64,000 nt of DNA from Rhodosorus marinus CCMP1338 (taxonomy: Eukaryota > Plantae > Rhodophyta), in assembly GCA_029953675.1 (NCBI GenBank), contig JAMWBK010000002.1, positions 1 through 64,000 of the forward strand, read 5' to 3'. Below the pieces are notes generated by a model. The model saw only the letters and a program-made list of their open reading frames with translations. It ran no database searches and had not been told where the DNA came from. This document shows, piece by piece, positions 1 through 9,213 of the stretch (position 1 is its first letter; every line of letters starts with the position of its first letter). Position numbers and translations under genes: made by a program.

Positions 1-72
1 CCGTCGCGTCCTCCATAAGGCGAAAAATCGCCGCCTCTCTCAAGCAGCACAGCACATCCCTTTCGACCCCGC

Positions 73-990
73 TTGCCCCGAGAACTCAACAAACCTGGGA
101 GGTCCTCGAAGCGATGTTCCCGGACGTTCCCGACGCGGTCCAACATCCCCAACTGGAGGAGTGTTTGTCTGCCAGTCTCCATGCTTCTGCACCTCGGCCG
201 GAGTCCCTTATGGGAAGCTCGGCTGGCTTCGGATGAATCGCTACTTGCACTTCTACAACGACTCCCCGCTGGTATAAGCCCTGGCCCGAGTGGCCTTCGG
301 GTAGAGCACCTGCAGGCTCTCGAACACCATGTCCGCCCAGCCATGGTCCGGTTCCTTCGAATGATTATCACGGACCCCGAGAATCTGCCAGAGATCCTAC
401 TCCACAGCCTCCGGAGTAGTCGTATCGTGCCTCTGGCTAAGAACCCCACCTCGGAGTCGAGGACTTCTTCACCCCGCCTACGCCTCATTGGCATTCCCGA
501 GGTGCTGAGCAAGGTTGCTTCACAATGGGTCTTACAGCACGTCGTGCCCCGCGCTCGTGATTTCCTGCTGCCTACTCAACTCGGTGTTGGCGTCTCCGGG
601 GGCTGTGAAGCAGTCCTCCACACGCTCCAGGCTCATCTACACTATGAACCTGACCACATTCTACTGAAAATCGACCTGGAGAACGCGTTTAACCGCATCG
701 ATCGCCGTCTTGCGAAGCGCATCATCGAAGCGCGCTTTCCGGAGTTGCCTCCCCTCTATGTGCTTGGGTATGGTCGTGATTCGGCGGATGGTTCGTACCA
801 CTTCGGCTGGCTTCCTGACGACGGCTCCCCTTCTTCCGCTCGAGACCGCTTCTTATTCCGTACTGGCGTACTGGCGTTCAACAAAGGGATACTCTCGCAC
901 CGGTGCTGCATGCCTTGGCCCTTTCGCCTTTTCTTATGGCGAAGCGCACTCTCTTTCCCCGCATCACGGTGCTCGCGCTCCATGACGACA
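73..990 (+). pseudogene. CRE-like non-LTR retrotransposon RT fragment (family E), frameshifted
   Basis: RT motifs SPGPSGLRVEHLQ, RLIGIPEVL, QLGVGVSGGCE, KIDLENAFNRIDR. An 8-bp tandem duplication (ACTGGCGT at 862-869 and 870-877) breaks the TGVQQGD motif. ALHDD is read downstream in the shifted frame (~975-989). Confidence 0.85.
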
Positions 991-1609
991 TTAGCGTGCA
1001 CCACCAATGAAACCGCACCGAGAGAATAATCGACCACACCCAACCCAAATAGGAAAGGCCCCGCAACACACCCACCCGGAAGACAGAAGTAGTTGCAAAT
1101 GCAAACGACGCACCGCGGAAAATCGAGGGGGAAGGCGTACCAGAGGAAGCGCTTCCCGTAAACGAACACGCTCGCGACCGAAAAAGAAACAAAACCCCGA
1201 AACCATTCGTTCGATCCTCCTCTCCAGCTTTAGCCTCCCAAAGGTCTATAATGAGGCTTCACTAGGCGCTATATCGGTGAAAAGGGGTGAGATAGGGCAT
1301 ATATGGCTTAGAATGGGGGCATATTTCAGGTGTCTATTCGCTACTAGATTGGGACCCCTTCAGTACTGGTGGATCCATAGTGAAAGGCCTGAGCGGGCTC
1401 AGAGGGTGGCTGGTGAGATTGTATTTGCTGGGTCCTTCTTGTTTACTACCGAGGCTCAGATAAAGCTCAGGGAGCTTGGAATCCCCCCACGATGGGTTCT
1501 AATGTGCGTCTACGGCCACATACGTGAGCCTCAGGGGCATGTCAGGTTGCGGCTGGTGATGATTGATTGGATTTGCGATACAGACCCTTTAGATCCATGC
1601 TGAGGACCG

Positions 1610-2640
1610 TTCTGGGGCTCCAAGGAAGTCAGAGTGGCCTCTGAGGTTGGCTGGTTGAGTTTGATTGAGCTTTGGAAATGGAGCAATGGAGGGATCCAAG
1701 AAAGGGGCCAAGGAGGCTCCGATTTGGGGCTCCAGATGAGTCATTTCAGGTGGCTGGAAAGTGCTTTGAAAAGGGGTCGAAGGAGGTTCAAAATGAGGGC
1801 TCAGATGGGGCTCCAAAGGGGTCAAAATGGGGGCCAAAAGAGGGCTAATTTGGGTCCCAGGAGGCCCTTCAAATGGTGGCTATTGATTGGTAGCAGATGA
1901 TGGTTTTGGGGGCCTTGTTTCCTGCTGTGGCGCATGAATGCCGCTTTGATGTTGGAGGCGCGAGTACTTCGCCGCGCTTAGTCTTTTTTTCTCCTCGGGG
2001 TTTTTTTTTTCAGCCTTCGATTAAACCATTCGTTCGCTCGTTCGTTCCAGGTTTCTGTCGATCAGGGGTCAATTTCCGGACATTTTTGCAAGTTTAGCAC
2101 TGAACAGCCTTTTCACGTTCACGACTAAAACGTTGGGACCTGTGTAGGTACCGAACGAATGGTTTAAAAAGGTACCGGGGCAAATCGCAATTTAGTACTG
2201 TACAGCCCTTTTTTTTGTACACGGGGTTTCTCAACGGTTTTTCGAGGTCCAAGGGGTCAAAATGGGGTCCAAAATGGCTTCGAGATTGGGTGGCTGGTGA
2301 GTGGTTTTTGAAGGTCTATTTTGAGGGCTCAGAGGGGTCCTTTTTGGGGGTCCTCAGGGGTCCGATTTGGCGCTCCAAAGGGGTCTCAAAGAAGGCTCCA
2401 AGGAGGCTCCAAGAAGGGGCTCAGATCGAGATCTCAGAGGTCGCAGGAGACCGTTCGAGGCTCCAGATTTTCGAAGGAGGGGGCGGGGCTGAATGGGGTG
2501 GCTGGTTGTGAGCTTTCGTTGACGCTCTTTGGATCGAAAGGGGCAAAATGAGGGGATGTGGCTAGGTAAATATTGCTTCGCAGGGTTCACTACTGATTCA
2601 GATTTGTTCACTACTAAAGTCTTCAGAAGAGGGCACATTT
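1610..2640. repeat. Degenerate G-rich low-complexity repeats (GGGGCTCCAA / GGGGTCAAAATGGGG-like)
   Basis: Many strand-biased GGGG runs at 1610-1900 and 2240-2560. No clear fixed period. Confidence 0.5.
1918..2047 (+). mobile_element. 3' end fragment of family B non-LTR element (TTCG-tailed)
   Basis: Near-identical to 26795-26913: ...ARVLRRA* followed by T8-CCCCTCGGGG-T9-CAGCCTCCGATTAAACCATTCGTTCG. Confidence 0.85.
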
Positions 2641-2835
2641 ATTGCGAAAACAAGCGGGTTTACCCGGTACCTACACGGCTTTTTCAACGACTTTTATGTC
2701 TATGCTGAGCAACGTTCACTACTAAAGTTGACCAATCAGCGCCATATTGGGCGAAAAGGGGGCGAAGAGGAGGGCTGGTTTAGGGCTAGATATACCTAGC
2801 ACTACATGTAGGGTATATAAAATGCTACCCATTCT

Positions 2836-3563
2836 ATGAGTCAGGGTCAGGGGGGTCATCACTGCCCAACATCAACTGGACTGTGGCAACGTAGGCACGA
2901 CGAAATCTGCAGAGAGCTGGCACGGTGGCTGACGAACGAATGGTTTAATCGGAGGCTGAAAAAAAAAACCCCGAGGGGGTTAAGGCGATGGAACTTCATG
3001 GACGTAGAGCAAGAACCTGAGGGGTACTTCGAGAACTACGGACTGCGACCTGATGTCGTTGCTAGGCATCCGAGGACCAAACAAAGGTATGCGCTGGATG
3101 TGACGGTGGTGTCACCATTACAGGGAAAATATTTGCGTCGGAGCCCAGATGATAGCGGATACGCGGCGAGAGCTGCGGAGAAGTGGAAAATCGCTCACTA
3201 CAAAGAAGCGATGGTGATGGAGAAACCGGATGATAAGTTCATCCCGATAGCAATAGAGACGTTTGGGCGTACGGGGCAAATGGCACAGGAGTTCCTCCGG
3301 GACAGCTGCAAGCACTTACTGCACAGGAGTGAGGAGCTGAGAGACGTGAGATCGCAGATAAACCGGCAACTATGGCGAGGTAACGCAGAGATAGCATTAG
3401 GCGCTTTGCGCGTGGACCAGTTGGAGAATCCGCTGGTGCCTGTTTTTTCTTTTGAACGTAGCATGAGACCCCGGTAGCGGGGTTCCAGTAAGTTTCTCCC
3501 TAGATAGGATTAGACATAGTGTTGCGCTGCAGTAGGCAGCTGCCCACTAAAGCTTACGGTTAC
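2836..3563 (+). mobile_element. 5'-truncated family A element (RLE domain + 3' UTR) with a 51-nt antisense family B tail insert
   Basis: HHCPTSTGLWQRRHDE (CCHC end), LRPDVVARHP...YALDVTV (PD-D/ExK), ends MRPR*. The 3' UTR ends AGCTTACGGTTAC. Insert at 2933-2983. Confidence 0.9.
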
Positions 3564-3580
3564 GTTAGTCTGGGGTTACG
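3558..3580 (+). repeat. Telomere-like 16-mer junction tract (GGTTACGTTAGTCTGGGGTTACG)
   Basis: Lies between the 3' end of one family A copy and a 5'-truncated next copy. Confidence 0.75.
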
Positions 3581-3624
3581 CATCAACTGCTCAAAAGAAC
3601 TTCAATCAGTGACAGGACGTCTGA

Positions 3625-4665
3625 ATGAGCTCGCCAAAAAACCGCATATGTGGCAAGACGGACGAGCCACTACGACCCCGCCTCAACCCCCCGCAGCAGC
3701 ACCCGCGGACGGCCGCGGTCAATCAACATGCGGCAGAACCCATCATCAATCAACTTGCGGAGGGGACAGGTGTCCTTGCCTCACTGGACTATGCCACGGC
3801 CTTCCCTGTTGCCGGTACCAGCAGCACACGGCCAACGTACGCTCAGAGGACTGTCCAAAGTACTCCAGCTCGAGAATCAGAGGCTCAACTCCGACCAGCC
3901 GGGCGCCCGGGCCCACAGAGCCAGCAGGCAGCGCTGCGACAGTTGCACGCCACTGTGGGAGGGTCCTCCTGGGGACCTGAGACCAAGCCGGTACTGGCGA
4001 CCCTGAGGAATGTAAGACCGCCACGGTTGGACGAGGTAGCCCCATCGGATTTCACTACGGTTCTTTGCAGAGCCTTGGGGATTCCGAGCTCTTATGTAGC
4101 GCACGTGGACTTCATCGCTTCCCACGCGTGCTTACTCTCACATCCGGACGCGATTCCGATTCTACAAAGCGCCATCTCTCGGGGCGTTTTCAGGACGGGC
4201 ATCTTCGGTTCGTTCACCCAGAGACACCCCGATCGGCAAGTGACTCTCTACACGGGCCAGGCACTGGACACAGACAACCTGTTGGGCTATAATGAACGTC
4301 AGCTCATTGCCCCAGCGAATATCGGGGCTCAGACCCTGAAACGGGCGATTGAACAGACTATCCGGATCCGCGCGCGGCTTCGCAAAAGGCAACTCTCGTT
4401 CAACACACTCGCAGCGATACACGAGTACCTGGAGAGCAGGCTCGGAACCCTACAAGCCACACAACGTACTCAAACGGTACCCGGGGAGAGCGCGGAACCC
4501 CCAGCGCCTGCCGCCGCCACGAGCGCAGACCCTGAAGCCTCGTCCCTCACAGGAGACGCACAGGCAGCCCGTGGGACAGTCGACGCTCCGGGTAATCCCT
4601 TAGAGACTTCCCAAGTACCTGAAGAACCAGCTGCCGAGGATAACCCTCACGCAGAGCTCCTCTGA
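3625..4665 (+). pseudogene. Family A ORF1 (gag-like), 5'-truncated and frameshifted
   Basis: Near-identical to 20844-22082 at the start. A 1-nt deletion near 4663 (CTCTGAACC vs CTCTGCAACC) creates an early stop. Confidence 0.8.
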
Positions 4666-4846
4666 ACCTCCCCGAGCCTCCTCAACACAAGCGGTCGCGA
4701 GTAACCACTGATGGCACAGGCCAGGATACCGAGATGATTCTCGCAGCCCCAGAAGCACCTCAGCGAGATACACATGCCCAGACCCACTCCGCAGCCCACG
4801 ATAATGCGATGGACATCCAGACCAGTCAGGAAGACACAACCCAATA

Positions 4847-6862
4847 ATGCCGAGCCGACATAGGGGAATCAAACGCAGACGGGAAGAACCTCTTTTCTTC
4901 TCCAAGCGACAGGACTGGATTGAACGCTGGAATGTTTTCGTTAACGATATCACGGACAGAGGAAGGTTGTGGACTCGCCTCGCACACTGCCCCGTCCCTA
5001 CTCGACGCTTCGTACCTCGCGCACACGTCAACGACTGGAGCAGACTCCTTCGGGTCGCCCTGGAGCTGACAATGGACCGCGGCGCACCAGTGAATGCTAG
5101 CCTCTTCCTCTCCGGGCTCCCAGGATTGGTTCTCGGGTACACTGCTCTTCCAATCGGCACGCAGTTCACGCACGTACTCGAAGGCGAGTTTCACACGGTC
5201 TGGACTGCGCTCGAGGAATATGCCTCCAACCAGACCCTTCGTACTGCCCTAAGCGGACCTGAAATAGACCAGAAACAGGCGCAAAGGCGGCGAAAACAGG
5301 CCCTGAAATTGGCACATCTCGGACGCCTCTCACACGCGGCCCGCAGACTGCAGGCCACCGAACTGGCTCCATTTACCAACGCTACGTGGCAACAACTGGA
5401 GGAACTCTTTCCGGACCAGACGGAGTGCTCCCTACCGGTGGATGTCGATCAAGCCCTACAAAACCTGCTCTCCAAGGACACCGATAATCTCCGGAGAAGA
5501 TGGAATGCCCGACTAGCAGCAGACGAAGGTATCCTCGCGATAATAGCCCGGCTTCCCCAAGGTACTAGCCCCGGGCCTAGCGGACTCCGAGCAGAACACC
5601 TGCAGGGAGCCACCCAGAACGTCCAAGTGGCTCTAGTCCGCGTTCTCCGGCAACTTGCTACGGCACCAGAGAAGTTTCCACCCCAGATGACCCGGGCAAT
5701 GCGTAGCAGCAGACTACTGCCGTTTGAAAAACCCACGAGCAACACAACCGTTGCAGCGAGACCTGGCATCCGGCCGATCGGAGTCCCCGAAGTCCTCCGA
5801 AAGGTGGCCACACAGTGGATCCTTCGTTCGGTCACCGACCGCGTTAAGGAACTGCTCATACCTCTACAACTGGGCATCGGAGTTAGCGGTGGTTGTGAAC
5901 GATCACTACACGCGATCCAGGCACAGCTCTCGTGCGAACCTGACGCCGTCGTCTTACGGCTCGACCTGGAGAACGCGTTCAACCGCATTGACCGCCGCAT
6001 CGCAAAGCAAATCCTGGACCACCATTTCCCCGAGCTGAAAGCCGTGTACCGGCTTGGCTACGGAAACGACAGCACGGAAGCTCCTACACTCTTCGGATGG
6101 CGTGATAACCACGATGCAGACCAAGACGACACCCACCGCTTGACACTTCGGGCCAGAACGGGAGTTCAACAGGGAGATCCCCTAGGACCGATCCTACATG
6201 CGCTCTCCCTGGCGCCTTTCTTGGAAGCATTGCACAACAAAGCACCTAATTTAACCATTGTGGCAATCCATGACGATATCACCATCGTAGGGCAGCTACC
6301 ACTACTGAAAGACGTACTACACTGGGGACAGGCACTACTACCCTCACTCGGAGCCCGACTGCAGCTTGCCAAGTGCACATTGTACGGCACCTCGATGACC
6401 ACGCCACGACTGGTCAGCCGCGAGATCCCTGGCGTCACGACGACGCGAGACGGAGTTACAATCCATTCCATTCCGATTGGAACTCGCGCTTACATCCAAA
6501 GCGAGTGCCGGCGGCTACAAAACAACCACGAGAAACTATTTAAGGAGATAGTGCACCTGCCCCCTGAAGAACTGACTACGAAACTGGCCCTCTTCCGTTA
6601 TTGTTCTGAACCCCGCCTGGACTACTTTCTACGCTGCCTCGCCTGCCCCTTTGGAAGAACACTTGCACGGGAAGCGGACGCCCTGACGCGTTATCACCTA
6701 GATACACTATTTGGAGGCCTCACTACTACGACCATCGAGGACCCTGACTACGAAAAATCTACGCTAGACCAGATAGCACTCCCCTGTCGCTGGGGAGGAC
6801 TGGGCTTTGCTACGAGACAGCGGATCCAGCCCATCGCCTTCTACTGGACTTTACTAGCATAG
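4847..6862 (+). pseudogene. Family A ORF2 reverse transcriptase, 3'-truncated by an antisense family F insertion
   Basis: SPGPSGLRAEHLQ, RPIGVPEVLRK, RLDLENAFNRIDR, TGVQQGDPLGP, VAIHDDITI, LPCRWGGLG. Homology stops at ~6847. Confidence 0.9.
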
Positions 6863-7790
6863 CCTGAAGCGCTACGCAAGGCGTGAAGATGAACTAATAA
6901 CTAGGGAGGCAAGCATGCAACCCCAGGCGCCGATGGCGCGCCTCGGAAAGCATGTCGCTGGAATATCGCCAAAGGGAGACACTTAAACGCCTCAAGAGCG
7001 CCAAATATTCAGTAGGATGCTCAGCAAAACATTTCCGCAACCACTCTAAACCCGACTTATCCACGTGACCAAAGCTTTCCACAATGAATGGCTGGAACCG
7101 GTGAGAGCGACCCTCAGCGCAAGGCAGACTGGCCATGCTCTCAGCATACCGTCGTTCCTTAACTCTTCGAAGGGCTGAAGCCGCGGCCCCCCGGCGGCGG
7201 GCGGCTGCGGTGAGGTGGGCGCTGGCCACGGGGCAGGTAATCGCAAGGTCCACATATGTTGAGCGTCTGGCAGCAGCGTCGGAGACGAGGAGATCGGCTA
7301 TACAACGGGGCGGTGCAGAGTCCGAGATGGATCTGGGCAGTTCCGACTCAACCTCAACCGTATGCCCTATCCGAGTCAAAGATTCGCTGAGGATGTACTT
7401 GAGGCGAGTGTGACGCCTCGTACGGAGACCTCGCAACAGTCCGCAGGAACCCAGGAAGTGGTAGCCACAAGCGTCAATCCGGCTCTCACATCCCTGACAG
7501 AAAGACGGCCGATTAGAGTGCCACGGAGCCTGTGGCAAACCGAGATAGATCCGTGCGGCAGAACGGAACTGGAAAGCATCGAGACGATGACTCAATGACG
7601 ACGGTAGAGTGGTTAACCACAAGTGCGAGAGGTGGCCTCCCATGCCGCGGAGACGAGCGGCAGTGGTAGGCGGCGTGAGAGGAGAATTGAGCATGACTGT
7701 GTGAGCGGCACTGTGTTGGCCCCAGGTGAGGCTATGTTGAATCACATCAGTGCGGGAGCTCCACAATCGGCTCAAACCCGGGTAGTCTGT
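6845..7790 (-). mobile_element. Family F non-LTR element 3' part (CCHC + RLE + 3' UTR)
   Basis: CQGCESRIDACGYHFLGSC...RRH, IADLLVSD...TYVDLAIT, ends ACLPSY*. Near-identical to 23236-24180 and 27882-28830. Confidence 0.9.
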
Positions 7791-7799
7791 AGTCTACTC

Positions 7800-8380
7800 G
7801 GCCTGGTGCTAGACCTTCAAAGGTAATAACGGGCAATGGCCATATGTCACCAGGGTCGAAGAACAATCCTCTTCGAAAGTGCATGCAGCAACACACGCAC
7901 TGAGGAGAATCCAAAGGTCAACAGCACAGCTTCCCGACCAGATTTGCGAGTCTGCAGCAGCAACACAACGCAGACTGCGACCCGAGGCCCCAGAGCGAAT
8001 CAAGAATTTGGCCACCCTGAAGCCGAGAACCTAACCCGCCCCGGAGCGAATCAAGAATTTGGCCACCCTGAAGCCGAGAACCGAACTCGCCCCAGGAGCA
8101 GAAGAAGCCGATCCCCCAGCTTGGAAACATGGTTCCATTCAACAAACCCTCTCCAGAGAGGCACACCATGCAGCTTTCCAAAGACTGGTTTCGCACGGGC
8201 AAATTTCGGCTGAAGATCGGGCCAGAATTCGGTCCGCAGCCGGAGCTGGCTCAGGAGTGTGGTTACGGGAAATGCCGACGCTCGCGCCGAAAAAAATGAG
8301 TACCGCCGAACTGCAAGTGAATGTAAGACAGCTGTTGGGCTTGCCGATACCGGGAATACGGACGTCGGGGAAATCTACTA
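7800..8380 (+). mobile_element. Rearranged family A ORF2 fragments with an internal tandem duplication
   Basis: DRARIRSAAGAGSGVWLREMPTL...NVRQLLGLPIPG. GAGCGAATCAAGAATTTGGCCACCCTGAAGCCGAGAACC occurs twice (~7993 and ~8044). Confidence 0.75.
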
Positions 8381-8739
8381 GTTGTGGTAGTTCGGCTGGC
8401 GGGGATTCGGTGGATCCGCTCGCTATCAAGCCGAGCCCCCCCGAGGCCTCGGGTGTTCGGCGTCGCGTTGCCGGCTCTTTGGCGGCTGCTTATGCGTCCC
8501 TCTCCTCTCCGCGTCTCCCTCCGCCCAAGCGTCCTCTTTTGAGGCCAGGGGCGGGGGACAATTCTTCTCCTTCCCACCCTGATTCTCATCCCAATGACGC
8601 TTCCTCCGAAGTGAGGGAGCAGGATATCCGAGTCCCTGCGGGATCCTTGCGAGCTCCCTGCTTTTTTCACTCTTCCGGGTAGTTTTTGAGGACTGGCGTT
8701 CTAGCGCGTTTCCCTTCCCCAGGCTAACCTAAGGCATCG

Positions 8740-9150
8740 AGACGGTGACCCGGCGACGAAGGCAGAGTGGCTAACCACAGGTGCCAGAGATGGCCTCACA
8801 TGCCGCGGTGGCGAGCGGCGGTGGCAGGCGGTGTGAAGTGAGAGTTGAGCAAGATTGCGTGAGCGGCACTGTGTCACTCGAAACTCGAATTTTCCAGGTG
8901 GTCAAAGCCTTTCACAATGAACGGCTGAAACCCGTGAGAAACGAGCCGCAATGCAGGGAAGGCTGGACAGGTTCTCAGCGTACCGTCACTCCTTCACTCG
9001 GCGGAGCTGCCCCTGCCCCTTTCGGCGGAGGGCGGCAGAGCTCAGATGGGCGATTACCACAGGGCATGTGACAGCATGGTCCCATAGGCATATGCTGAGC
9101 ACCCTGTTTCTGCTTCGGAGACCAGAATCCACGACGCAGCGGGAGGTCGC
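8740..9150 (-). mobile_element. Degenerate family F-related RLE fragments
   Basis: Diverged matches to 7060-7280 and 7610-7720 (GAGTGGCTAACCACAGGTGC..., AAAGCCTTTCACAATGAA...). Confidence 0.65.
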
Positions 9151-9213
9151 TGGTTGTTTTTTTTTTTATTAGTGGCTCGAGTCTTCCGCGGCTAGGTGCG
9201 GTACGTGCAATGT

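Noticed and set aside
4847-6862. Group II intron, retron or DGR-type RT
   Set aside because: The RT is followed by a CCHC knuckle and a PD-(D/E)xK endonuclease typical of non-LTR RLE elements. No domain V/VI-like intron end, msr/msd or TR/VR pair was seen.
7046-7826. Numerous 60-180-aa ORFs overlapping retroelement ORFs in other frames, repeated wherever the element is repeated
   Set aside because: These are antisense or alternative-frame shadows in GC-rich coding sequence; their recurrence reflects element copy number, not independent genes.
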